Both the position numbers and the translations under genes were made by a program. Positions 16,039-25,135 of a stretch of DNA of 25,370 bases are shown here, piece by piece (position 1 is the first letter of the stretch; the number at the start of each line of letters is the position of its first letter). Origin of the DNA: an uncultured Candidatus Izemoplasmatales bacterium. GTDB taxonomy: Bacteria; Bacillota_I; Bacilli_A; Izemoplasmatales; Izemoplasmataceae. The notes below the pieces were generated by a model that ran no database searches, was not told where the DNA came from, and saw nothing but the letters and a program-made list of their open reading frames with translations. Where the stretch lies: positions 1 to 25,370 of the forward strand of contig CAZZAP010000027.1 in NCBI GenBank assembly GCA_964652375.1, written 5' to 3'.

Positions 16039-18807
16039 ATGAATGAAAAATGGAGTACTGTATTAGAAGGATTTCCCCAATTAGCAAGGAAAGCTGCTTC
16101 TGAAGGTATCGTATTACTTAAAAATAATGATAAAGTATTACCAATAAAAAAAGATGATATCGTTAGTGTTTTTGGTAGATGTCAGATTGATTACTATCGT
16201 AGTGGAACAGGAAGTGGTGGAGCAGTTCATGTTCCATATACTGTGAATGCTATTGAGGGTATGAAGGGTAACAAGGCGATTCGTTTAAACGAAAGTCTAT
16301 TACATTTATACGAGACGTTCCTAGCTGAAAATCCATTTGATAATGGTGGTGGTGGCTGGGCTGCTGAACCATGGTTTCAAAAGGAAATGCCATTAACAGA
16401 TGAAATTATTAAAGATGCTGCTAGTAAATCAAACAAAGCGGTTGTGATTATCGGTAGAACAGCTGGTGAGGATCAAGATAACAATGCTGTTGAAGGTAGT
16501 TACTATCTAACTAGTTTGGAAGAACGTATGGTAGAGCAAGTTACTGAACATTTTGAAAATGTAATTATCGTGCTTAATGTAACAAACATTATTGATATGA
16601 ATTTCACATTAAATAATCCTAATATCAAAGCAATCATGTATTCTTGGGCTGGTGGATTAGAAGGTGGAAATGCACTTGCTGATGTTCTTAGTGGTGATGT
16701 AGCTCCAAGTGGTAAACTAGCAAATACAATTCCGTATAAATTAGAAGATTACCCAACGTTCCGTAATTTCGGAAACAAATTCCAAAACATATATGAAGAA
16801 GATATCTATGTAGGGTATCGTTATTTTGAGACGTTCCAAAAAGAACAAGTACTGTATCCATTTGGATTTGGACTTGCGTACTCTCGATTTGATATAGATG
16901 TTGTTTCTTCAAAGGTTCAAGGTGAAGGTATAAATAAAACATTTGAGTTTACAGTTTTAGTATCAAATGTTGGTGAATATAAAGGAAAAGAAGTAGTGCA
17001 AGTGTACGTAGAAGCTCCACAAGGTAAGCTAGGGAAACCTGTACTTGAGTTAAAAGCGTTTAAAAAGACTTCTTTGCTTCAAGTAGGAGATAAAGAAGAA
17101 CTCATCGTTTCAATTCCGTTTAAGGACCTTGCATCATATGATGATGGAGGTGCAACGGGATATAAGAGTGCGTATGTGGTTGAAGAAGGATTGTATCAAT
17201 TCCGTATCGGGAATTCCATCCGTAATCATCATGTTGCAATATTTGATGAGGAACAAGGGTACCTTCAAACAGAAACAGTAGTAGTAGAACAGCTTGAAGA
17301 AGCGCTTGCTCCTGTGATGGAATTTAAGCGATTTAAACCAGGAGAAGAAAAAGACTTCGGTGAATTTGAAGTATCACTTGAAACAGTTCCTACTAGAACA
17401 ATTGATATGAAGAAACGTATCTATATGAATTTACCAAAAGATATTTCATATACAGGTGATTGTGGTATTAAACTACAAGATGTAAGGAATGAGAAACATT
17501 CAATTGAGGACTTTGTTGCTCAGTTAACAGTCGAAGAGATGGCGATTATGATTCGTGGAGAAGGAATGAGTTCACCAAAGGTTACTCCAGGGGTAGCTGC
17601 TGCATTTGGTGGAAACAGTAAATCACTATTGCAATACGGAATACCTGTAGCTGCTGCCGCAGATGGACCATCTGGAATCCGCATGGATACGGGGAGAAAG
17701 GCTACACAACTTCCAATTGGAACACTGCTTGCTTGTTCGTTTAATGAAGAGGTAATGCTAGATGTATACAAAGCGGAAGGGCAAGAGTTATTACTCAATG
17801 AAATTGATACATTATTAGGGCCTGGTGTAAATATTCATAGACATCCACTAAATGGTCGTAATTTTGAATACTATAGCGAGGATCCATACTTATCAGGTGT
17901 TATGGCAAAATCAGCAACACTTGGTATGCATTTAGGTGGGTCTAGTGGAACACTAAAACACTTTGCGTGTAATGATCAAGAATCACATCGATTCTTAGTG
18001 GATGCGGTTGTGAGTGAACGCGCATTACGTGAAATTCATTTAAAACCATTCGAAATGGCAGTTAAAGAAGGAAAAGCAGTAAGTATTATGACTGCGTACA
18101 ATCCAATAAACGGAATTTGGTCCGCATCTAACTACGACTTAAACACAACCATTCTACGTAAAGAATGGGGATATAAAGGATTGGTTATGACTGATTGGTG
18201 GGCCAATATGAACAACCCTATTGAGGGAGGGAAACAAGATAAGACATATGCTTCATACATGTTGCGTTCTCAAAATGATTTGTACATGGTTGTTGAGAAC
18301 TTTGGTGCTGAGAAGAATATTTTAAATGATGACATTGTTGCAAGTGTGAAAAGTGGCGACATTACAATCGGTGAATTACAACGAAGTGTTATTAATATTT
18401 TAAACTTCATTTTACAAGCGCCTGTTATTGAACGTGAGATAAAAACAGTAGATTTTGTAACGATTTATCCAGATAGTAGCCTTGCAAAAGAAGAGATAGA
18501 TGGAGATAATCCAATGTATCTAAACACAAAAACAAACACATCGTATATTATTGATATAACTAGTAATGGAGTTTATCGATTTGACGTGAAACTACGAAAT
18601 GAAAAAGATGAGTTAGCGCAATCTTCTTGTAATGTATTATTGAATGGTACTTATGTGACTAGTATTACTCAAAATGGTACAAATGGATTATGGAAAGAAG
18701 ATAATTTTATGGTTGTTAACTTAGGAGTTGGAAGATACTCATTAGAACTAGAATTTACGATGCCAGGTATCGAAATTGAATGGATTAAGCACACTAAAAC
18801 ATCGTAA
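16039..18807 (+). CDS. Glycoside hydrolase family 3 beta-glycosidase with circularly permuted domain order
   Basis: The N-terminal part matches the GH3 C-terminal alpha/beta-sandwich domain (LLKNNDKVLPI ... NALADVLSGDVAPSGKLANTIPY), followed by an Fn3-like domain. The C-terminal part is the catalytic TIM barrel (GPGVNIHRHPLNGRNFEYYSEDPYL, KHFACNDQESHR, nucleophile context GLVMTDWW). Start ATG 16039 with AGGTGA. The track extension back to 15853 uses a TTG inside the previous gene. Confidence 0.85.
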   Translation: MNEKWSTVLEGFPQLARKAASEGIVLLKNNDKVLPIKKDDIVSVFGRCQIDYYRSGTGSGGAVHVPYTVNAIEGMKGNKAIRLNESLLHLYETFLAENPFDNGGGGWAAEPWFQKEMPLTDEIIKDAASKSNKAVVIIGRTAGEDQDNNAVEGSYYLTSLEERMVEQVTEHFENVIIVLNVTNIIDMNFTLNNPNIKAIMYSWAGGLEGGNALADVLSGDVAPSGKLANTIPYKLEDYPTFRNFGNKFQNIYEEDIYVGYRYFETFQKEQVLYPFGFGLAYSRFDIDVVSSKVQGEGINKTFEFTVLVSNVGEYKGKEVVQVYVEAPQGKLGKPVLELKAFKKTSLLQVGDKEELIVSIPFKDLASYDDGGATGYKSAYVVEEGLYQFRIGNSIRNHHVAIFDEEQGYLQTETVVVEQLEEALAPVMEFKRFKPGEEKDFGEFEVSLETVPTRTIDMKKRIYMNLPKDISYTGDCGIKLQDVRNEKHSIEDFVAQLTVEEMAIMIRGEGMSSPKVTPGVAAAFGGNSKSLLQYGIPVAAAADGPSGIRMDTGRKATQLPIGTLLACSFNEEVMLDVYKAEGQELLLNEIDTLLGPGVNIHRHPLNGRNFEYYSEDPYLSGVMAKSATLGMHLGGSSGTLKHFACNDQESHRFLVDAVVSERALREIHLKPFEMAVKEGKAVSIMTAYNPINGIWSASNYDLNTTILRKEWGYKGLVMTDWWANMNNPIEGGKQDKTYASYMLRSQNDLYMVVENFGAEKNILNDDIVASVKSGDITIGELQRSVINILNFILQAPVIEREIKTVDFVTIYPDSSLAKEEIDGDNPMYLNTKTNTSYIIDITSNGVYRFDVKLRNEKDELAQSSCNVLLNGTYVTSITQNGTNGLWKEDNFMVVNLGVGRYSLELEFTMPGIEIEWIKHTKTS

Positions 18808-18836
18808 ATTATAAAAATAATAAATAATATTTAATA

Positions 18837-18862
18837 ATAATACCCCATAGGGGTATTATTTT
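18837..18862 (+). terminator. Intrinsic terminator
   Basis: TAATACCCC-ata-GGGGTATTA followed by TTTTA. Confidence 0.8.
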
Positions 18863-18941
18863 AGTACTTTACCGAAATCGTTTTATGTTGTATAATCTTC
18901 ACGATTATTTGCATACAAATTGATATATTAAGGAGTGTAAT

Positions 18942-21587
18942 ATGAAACCTAAAATAACCCTCAATAAAAATGGTAGTTTTCAAGTAGAAAATGTAGACAA
19001 ATTAAGTTACCTATATTTCCCTCTAACAAATTATCATTCTTTAAAAAGTTCAATTACTCCATCTCTACACGGAGATGCAAAAATTGATCAAAACAGCTTT
19101 TTATTATTACCGACAAGTGTCGAAGATTTACATCATTCATTATTTAACCGAAACGTGTATTTCAATGTGAATGATTCATATACATGGAGTGTTACAGGGA
19201 ACACGCCGTATCAACTGTTAGAAAAAGATGAAGTTTCTGTAGAAGCTGATTTTTTAGTACACAAAGTAATTCGTAAAAATAGTGATATCCACTGCACGGT
19301 TGAAAGTTTTGTTCCGTTTAATGATACATACCAAGAATTACACCAAGTAACATTTACGAATGTATCGAATGACTCCATGAAAATTAAACCTGCTGTGAGT
19401 ATACCGATGTACTCAAGAAGTGCTGACAATATAAGAGATCATAGACATGTTACAGCGTTATTGAATGATGCAGAACTATTTGAAAACGGAATTATTAATA
19501 AACCAACTTTTAGTTTTGATGAAAGAGGACACCTTCGAAACGATATTTATTACTCTGTATTTGTGCAAAGTGATGATGCAGCTGTAGCGAAGTACTGGCC
19601 TGTATTAGAAGAATTTGTTGGTGAGGGTGGGAATCTATTAGATCCACTAGTTGTGAAAGAAGATGTGCAAAACTCATTCAAAGTAGGAGATTCAGTATCA
19701 GGATATGAACTAACTGGTGCTTTTGAATATAAAGAAGTAGAACTAAAAGCAAATGAATCATTTACGGTTCATATTAGTATTATGGCTGATAAAGACAAAG
19801 ATAAAACACTTGATACAGTGAAAAAGATGGATTCAGTGTACTTTGCTAAATTACGAAATGAAACCATTCAAAATTGGCGAGATGAGATTAATAAATTAGA
19901 AATAAGTGTTGCAGATGAAACGTTTAATGCATGGGTAAAATGGGTAACGTTACAACCGACATTAAGACGTATTTATGGGTGTTCATTCTTACCGCATCAC
20001 GATTATGGTCGTGGTGGAAGAGGATGGCGAGATTTATGGCAAGATTTACTAGCGCTAATCTTAATGCAACCAACAGAAGTGCGTCCGCAATTACTAAACA
20101 ACTTCCTTGGTATCCGAATTGATGGATCAAATGCAACGATTATTGGTGATAAACCAGGAGAATTCCTTGCAGATAGAAATAACATTCCACGCGTGTGGAT
20201 GGACCACGGTAGTTGGCCACTCATCACAACGAAATTATATGTTGATAAAACTGGTGATTATGAGTTTTATCTAGAAAAACAACACTACTTTAGTGATAAA
20301 TTCACTCATTACACGAAAAATGTACTTGAAAATCATAATGATGAAAGTACAATACTAAAAACCAAATCAGGAGAAGAATATGAGGGTTGCGTCATTGAAC
20401 ATCTACTTGTTCAAAACGTTGTACCATTCTTCAATGTTGGGAAACACAATAACATTCGTTTAGAAGATGCCGATTGGAACGATGGTCTTGATATGGCACA
20501 TCAACATGGTGAGTCTGTTGCATTTACATCATTTTATGGTGGTAACTTAATTGAACTGGCAACGATTTTACGTAAGCTACAATCAAAAGGAATTACATCG
20601 ATTGAGCTATTTGAAGAGTTTAGTTTGTTATTAAAAGATGTTGATTATGCTAGTATTTCAAAGAAAAAGAACACGCTACAAACATATTTCGACGCTGTTG
20701 CTAAACAAATTTCTGGTAAAAAAGTATCACATAATATTGATGCACTAGCTAAAAAGTTAGATGAAATGGGAGAATTACTTCTTTCTCAAGTAAGAGAAAA
20801 TGAATGGTTAACGTCAGAAAATGGTTCTTGGTTTAACGGGTATTATGACAATGATTCAAATCGTTTAGACAATCCAGATAAAGAACATATGACACTAACG
20901 GGGCAAGTATTCTCGATTATGTGTGGTGCCGCAACCAATAATCAAATAAAGAACATTATCCAAAGTGCTGATAAATACTTATTTGATGAAACGGTTGGTG
21001 GATATAAACTAAATACGGATTATCGTGAAGTTAAAGAAAACATGGGACGTTTATTTGGGTTTGCCTATGGGCATAAAGAAAACGGAGCGATGTTTAGTCA
21101 TATGGCATTTATGTATTCAAACGCACTGTACCGCAGAGGATTCGCTCATGCTGGTTTTAAAGTGATGGATACTGTATTCCATCATAGCGTTGATATTGAA
21201 ACATCAAAAATTTATCCAGGAGTACCTGAATACTTTGATCCGAAAGGAAGAGGTTTATACCACTACCTAACAGGTTCAGCATCATGGTATATTTTAAATG
21301 CTGTTACTGAAGTATTTGGTATTAAAGGAGACTTCGGTGATGTATTGCTTGAACCAAAACTGCTGAAGTCACAATTTAATGAAGAAGGCAAAGCCTCTAT
21401 TAAGACAATCATAAACTACAATTTAGTAGAAATAGAGTACCAAAATAAGGACTTCCTTGACTTTGGAGAATATACCATTTCAGAAGTATTCGTTGATGGA
21501 GAGAGCGTATCGTTTATTAGAACGGATATGGGTGTTGAGTTTGAAGAAAATCCAATACAAAAAATCACGGTGACATTATCAAAATAA
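18942..21587 (+). CDS. GH94-like glycoside phosphorylase (cellobiose/chitobiose/beta-glucan phosphorylase superfamily), putative
   Basis: 881 aa. DADWNDGLDM motif, as the catalytic-Asp DWND context of GH94. An N-terminal beta-sandwich precedes a central (alpha/alpha)6-type region. SD AAGGAGTG. Confidence 0.55.
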   Translation: MKPKITLNKNGSFQVENVDKLSYLYFPLTNYHSLKSSITPSLHGDAKIDQNSFLLLPTSVEDLHHSLFNRNVYFNVNDSYTWSVTGNTPYQLLEKDEVSVEADFLVHKVIRKNSDIHCTVESFVPFNDTYQELHQVTFTNVSNDSMKIKPAVSIPMYSRSADNIRDHRHVTALLNDAELFENGIINKPTFSFDERGHLRNDIYYSVFVQSDDAAVAKYWPVLEEFVGEGGNLLDPLVVKEDVQNSFKVGDSVSGYELTGAFEYKEVELKANESFTVHISIMADKDKDKTLDTVKKMDSVYFAKLRNETIQNWRDEINKLEISVADETFNAWVKWVTLQPTLRRIYGCSFLPHHDYGRGGRGWRDLWQDLLALILMQPTEVRPQLLNNFLGIRIDGSNATIIGDKPGEFLADRNNIPRVWMDHGSWPLITTKLYVDKTGDYEFYLEKQHYFSDKFTHYTKNVLENHNDESTILKTKSGEEYEGCVIEHLLVQNVVPFFNVGKHNNIRLEDADWNDGLDMAHQHGESVAFTSFYGGNLIELATILRKLQSKGITSIELFEEFSLLLKDVDYASISKKKNTLQTYFDAVAKQISGKKVSHNIDALAKKLDEMGELLLSQVRENEWLTSENGSWFNGYYDNDSNRLDNPDKEHMTLTGQVFSIMCGAATNNQIKNIIQSADKYLFDETVGGYKLNTDYREVKENMGRLFGFAYGHKENGAMFSHMAFMYSNALYRRGFAHAGFKVMDTVFHHSVDIETSKIYPGVPEYFDPKGRGLYHYLTGSASWYILNAVTEVFGIKGDFGDVLLEPKLLKSQFNEEGKASIKTIINYNLVEIEYQNKDFLDFGEYTISEVFVDGESVSFIRTDMGVEFEENPIQKITVTLSK

Positions 21588-21615
21588 AAACCTAGTCTAC
21601 TAGGTTTTTTCTTTT
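21586..21615 (+). terminator. Intrinsic terminator
   Basis: AAAAACCTAG-tcta-CTAGGTTTTTTCTTTTT. Confidence 0.85.
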
Positions 21616-21637
21616 TAATCATAGACTATTTGTGATA

Positions 21638-21666
21638 TTGCTTAAAAAGTACAAAGGTGGTATAAT
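21638..21666 (+). promoter_or_regulatory. Sigma-A promoter for the flotillin gene (TTGCTT, 17 nt, extended -10 TGGTATAAT)
   Basis: TTGCTT at 21638-21643 and TGGTATAAT at 21658-21666. Confidence 0.45.
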
Positions 21667-21691
21667 GTTTGATGTAAGTAGGGGATAAAAT

Positions 21692-21717
21692 AAGCCCAGA
21701 TTATGGCTTTTTTTATT
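21692..21717 (+). promoter_or_regulatory. Terminator-like hairpin plus U8 tract inside the flotillin 5' leader (possible attenuator)
   Basis: AAGCC-cagattat-GGCTT followed by TTTTTTTT, ~40 nt before the flotillin start codon. Confidence 0.3.
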
Positions 21718-21757
21718 TGATTTACACAAAATATATTGCTAAAGGAGAGAAAAAAAC

Positions 21758-23194
21758 ATGATTTTATTAGCAGGATTTGGCACTGTTATGTCGATTGTTG
21801 GAATCGTTACGGCAGCCGTTGTTGCATTTATACTAGTGTCATATGTAAAAGTAAAACCAAATCAAGCATTTATTATTACAGGTTGGAGAAAGACGAGTAA
21901 AGTAGTAACTGGAAAAGCTGCTTGGAGAATTCCGTTCTTAGAAAGAATTGATGTTATTCCACTTGATATTATTCAAGTAGATATTAAAACAACATCAGCA
22001 GTTCCTACAAATGAATTCATTGATATCTTTGTAGACGGTGTTGCAAACATCAAAGTAAAATCGGATATCGAAGATATTAAACGTGCTGGAGAAATCTTCT
22101 TATCAGTTGGGCAAGATCAAGTAAAGAAAATTGCTGAAGAAGTATTAGAAGGTAATATGCGTGAGATTATCGGGCAAATGAAATTAACTGAGTTAGTACA
22201 AAACCGTGATAAGTTTGCGGATGAAGTACGTACAACAGCGATGCAAGATATGGAGAAAATGGGACTTGAGATTATTAACATCACAATCCAAAACTTCACG
22301 GATAGTAATGGCGTTATTCAAGACCTTGGGGTTGACAATATTGAGCAAATCCGTAAGGATGCATCAATTGCGAAAGCAGAAGCGAACCGAGATGTTGAAG
22401 TTAAGACATCTGAAGCAAAAGAGGTTGCCAATCAAGCACGTATTGCAGCAGAGTTACTAATCGCAGAACAAAATACGGAACTTGAACTTAAAAAAGCTGC
22501 TTTAAAGCGTAAAAGTCAAACAGAGCAAGCGACGGCAGATGCTGCATACTCAATTAGAGAAGCAGAAGAGTTACTAAAAATCAATGTAGCTCAGCAAAAT
22601 GCTGAAATCGCTCGTAAAGAGAAAGAGATTGAATTAAAAGAACGTGAAGTAGATGTAGAAGAAAGACATCTAGAAGCGGTAGTTAAGAAGAAAGCAGAAG
22701 CTGAGAAATTTAAAGCGCAACAACAAGCGGATGCTGAATTATATACAAGAACAAAAGATGCGGAGGCTGAGTTAGCTGAAAAAACTCGTGAAGCAGAGGC
22801 AATTAAATTAGTTGCTGAAGCAGAAAAAGAAGCAGCACTTGCAAAAGCATTGGGTATTGAAGCAGTTGGTCTTGCAGAAGCGAAAGCAATTGAAGAAAAA
22901 GCACTTGCGATGAAGAAGATGGAAGAAGCAGCTGTACTTGGCTTAATTCTTGACTCTAACGTATTACCAAATATCGTTGAAGCTGCTGCTGCGCCACTAG
23001 CACAAACGGATAAAATCGTTATGTACGGTGATGGAAATGCTGCGAAATTAAGTAAAGATATTATGAAAACATCAACAAATATTTTAGAAGGTGTAAAAGA
23101 GTCGCTTGGTATTGATTTGGCTAGTTTATTAAGTGGTGCACTTGGTGGTGCTGTAACTGCTAAACTTGCAGACAAAGAAGAACCAAAAGAATAA
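21758..23194 (+). CDS. floT: Flotillin-like SPFH/band-7 protein (FloT/YuaG-type)
   Basis: N-terminal TM helix. SPFH domain. Long Ala/Glu/Lys-rich coiled-coil (EA repeats). C-terminal flotillin region. SD AAAGGAGAG. Confidence 0.85.
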   Translation: MILLAGFGTVMSIVGIVTAAVVAFILVSYVKVKPNQAFIITGWRKTSKVVTGKAAWRIPFLERIDVIPLDIIQVDIKTTSAVPTNEFIDIFVDGVANIKVKSDIEDIKRAGEIFLSVGQDQVKKIAEEVLEGNMREIIGQMKLTELVQNRDKFADEVRTTAMQDMEKMGLEIINITIQNFTDSNGVIQDLGVDNIEQIRKDASIAKAEANRDVEVKTSEAKEVANQARIAAELLIAEQNTELELKKAALKRKSQTEQATADAAYSIREAEELLKINVAQQNAEIARKEKEIELKEREVDVEERHLEAVVKKKAEAEKFKAQQQADAELYTRTKDAEAELAEKTREAEAIKLVAEAEKEAALAKALGIEAVGLAEAKAIEEKALAMKKMEEAAVLGLILDSNVLPNIVEAAAAPLAQTDKIVMYGDGNAAKLSKDIMKTSTNILEGVKESLGIDLASLLSGALGGAVTAKLADKEEPKE

Positions 23195-23204
23195 AATAAA
23201 AATG

Positions 23205-23232
23205 AGATACTGGATATCAGTATCTTTTTTTG
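23205..23232 (+). terminator. Intrinsic terminator
   Basis: AGATACTG-gatat-CAGTATCT followed by TTTTTTT. Confidence 0.8.
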
Positions 23233-23272
23233 TATGCTATAATTTACTTAGGTCATAGATATAGGTGAAATT

Positions 23273-24538
23273 ATGAAAATACGTGATGTGGTGTATAAAA
23301 CGGTAGAAGAAGTAAATGAAATGCCTCGTTTTGATTTGTCTATTCCTGCTAAAAAAGCGGCATGGTATTTGCAACTTTTAGCATGGATCTTATCATTTCC
23401 TGAGTTGCTTAAAATAAGGCCCACGATTAACAAAGTAAATATGGAGGGACTAAAAGGACCATATCTTATGCTGTGTAATCACAACAGTTTTTTTGATTTT
23501 AAAGTCGCAACAATGTCTGTGTTTCCAAGGCGTTCAACGTACATTATTGCGGTGGACGGATTTATTAATCGTGAATGGTTAGTACGTACTGTGGGTGGAA
23601 TTCCAACAAAAAAATTTGTGAATGATATTGCGCTTGTAAGGCATATAAAAACCAGTCTTGAAACTCATAAAGTGATTTGTCAATTGTATCCTGAAGCTCG
23701 TTATTCTCTTACTGGAACAAACGCAATATTACCTGATAGTCTAGGGAAGTTAATCAAACTATTAAAACATCCTGTTGTAACACTCATATCACATGGGCAT
23801 CACCTTAGACAACCAGTTTGGAACCTTTCTTACCGCAAAGTGAAGACCAAAACAGATATGACACAAATACTAACAAAAGAAGAGGTTATGAGCTTATCTG
23901 TTGATGAGATTAATCAGAGAATTAAAGAATATTTTGTGTATGATGATTATCAATATCAAAAGGATAATAAAATCAAAATTGATTATAAGAATCGTGCGAA
24001 AAACATTCATAAGATATTGTATAAATGTCCTCACTGCAAGAAAGATCACGTAATGAGATCAAATATGAATAAATTGTGGTGTGAAGCATGCAATGCTTCG
24101 TACGTAATGGATGTATATGGGCGTTTATCATCGATTAATGTGGATACAATGTTTACTCATGTTCCTGATTGGTTTGAATGGATCAGAAAAGAAGTGAAAA
24201 GAGAGATAAAGAGCAATAACTATCATATCGAGATAGATGTAGATGTAGATTCTCTTCCAAATGCATCAGGATTTTATCGTCTTGGTGAAGGAGTACTAAA
24301 GCACAATAAAGATGGATTTTCACTGCTGTTTACTTCAGGAGAGAAGGAGTATCAGGTTTTAAAACCTGTGAAGGCCAATTATTCGGTTCATTTGGAGTAT
24401 GATTATTTTGGTAAAGGAGATTGTGTGTCGTTTTCTACAGGTAATAACACATACTATCTATTCCCTAAAGATAAGGGCTTCTCCGTAACAAAGTTCCATT
24501 TTGGAGTAGAGGAATTGTTCAAACTGAAAAATAATTAA
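23273..24538 (+). CDS. Lysophospholipid/glycerolipid acyltransferase family protein (HX4D) with C-terminal zinc-ribbon-containing extension
   Basis: Acyltransferase motif I LCNHNSFFD (H-x4-D). Motif III-like PEARYS. The C-terminal ~200 aa contain C-P-H-C ... C-E-A-C (CPHCKKDHVMRSNMNKLWCEACNASY). Confidence 0.7.
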   Translation: MKIRDVVYKTVEEVNEMPRFDLSIPAKKAAWYLQLLAWILSFPELLKIRPTINKVNMEGLKGPYLMLCNHNSFFDFKVATMSVFPRRSTYIIAVDGFINREWLVRTVGGIPTKKFVNDIALVRHIKTSLETHKVICQLYPEARYSLTGTNAILPDSLGKLIKLLKHPVVTLISHGHHLRQPVWNLSYRKVKTKTDMTQILTKEEVMSLSVDEINQRIKEYFVYDDYQYQKDNKIKIDYKNRAKNIHKILYKCPHCKKDHVMRSNMNKLWCEACNASYVMDVYGRLSSINVDTMFTHVPDWFEWIRKEVKREIKSNNYHIEIDVDVDSLPNASGFYRLGEGVLKHNKDGFSLLFTSGEKEYQVLKPVKANYSVHLEYDYFGKGDCVSFSTGNNTYYLFPKDKGFSVTKFHFGVEELFKLKNN

Positions 24539-24541
24539 GAA

Positions 24542-24574
24542 CTTTAGATATATATAATATCTAGAGTTTTTTTT
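24542..24574 (+). terminator. Intrinsic terminator
   Basis: CTTTAGATAT-atata-ATATCTAGAG (one U-G pair) followed by TTTTTTTT. Confidence 0.75.
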
Positions 24575-24595
24575 ATAAAATATATGTAAAGTAGA

Positions 24596-24644
24596 CTTGA
24601 CATAGTGTAAAGCAGATGTTACTATATGTATGTAAAACTTTACA
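24596..24644 (+). promoter_or_regulatory. Consensus sigma-A promoter (TTGACA, 17 nt, TACTAT) bracketed by an 8-bp inverted repeat, a candidate operator
   Basis: TTGACA at 24596-24601 and TACTAT at 24619-24624. AGTGTAAAG at 24603-24611. CTTTACAC at 24637-24644 is the reverse complement of GTGTAAAG. Confidence 0.5.
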
Positions 24645-24673
24645 CATCAAGTGAAAATTTTAGGAGGTATAGT

Positions 24674-25135
24674 ATGACGTATCAAGAACGAAAAACATTA
24701 ATCGATATTATAAGTTCAGTATTAATTTTTGGAATATACGGGTTTATCGTATATCAGAGATATTTAAATGGAGCAGTAGATACTACAGATGTATTTGTAT
24801 TTTGGAGCCGTTTTATCCTTATATTAATACCAATTACCATTGTCGCTAAAATCATTACTGTGATTATTTTTACGATAATGAATTCGATTGTGACTGAAGT
24901 AACTGGTGGAGAAGAAGATGATGTGAACCTAGTGGATGAACGAGACAAGTTGATTGATTTAAAGACGGTTCGTAACTCGATGGTATTTTTCTCTTTAGGG
25001 TTTGTACTTGCGCTTGCTTCACAATTAGTAGGATTTAGTAATCACGCATTCTTTATCATTATCGTTGTATTTGGGTTAATGGGAGATTTGTTTGGAGGAG
25101 CATCAAAAATCTGGTATTACAGAAGAGGTGTTTAG
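24674..25135 (+). CDS. Small polytopic membrane protein (DUF2975-like), paired with a downstream mini-XRE regulator
   Basis: Four hydrophobic helices. Acidic loop GGEEDDVNLVDERD. TAGGAGG sits 6 nt before the ATG at 24674. The track start at 24626 is upstream without an SD. Confidence 0.6.
   Translation: MTYQERKTLIDIISSVLIFGIYGFIVYQRYLNGAVDTTDVFVFWSRFILILIPITIVAKIITVIIFTIMNSIVTEVTGGEEDDVNLVDERDKLIDLKTVRNSMVFFSLGFVLALASQLVGFSNHAFFIIIVVFGLMGDLFGGASKIWYYRRGV

Noticed and set aside
18870-18941. Possible catabolite-responsive element (cre) upstream of the GH94-like gene (CGAAATCGTTTTAT)
   Set aside because: It does not fit the TGWAANCGNTNWCA consensus, since the T-G at positions 1-2 and the C-A at positions 13-14 are absent. 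I did not find a convincing cre near the GH3 promoter either.
22591-23175. 194-aa Ala/Ser-rich ORF on the minus strand inside the flotillin gene
   Set aside because: It is antisense to the Ala/Glu/Lys-rich coiled-coil region. GCN/GAA-repeat coding sequence produces long open antisense frames. There is no SD or promoter, and its composition simply mirrors the sense strand.
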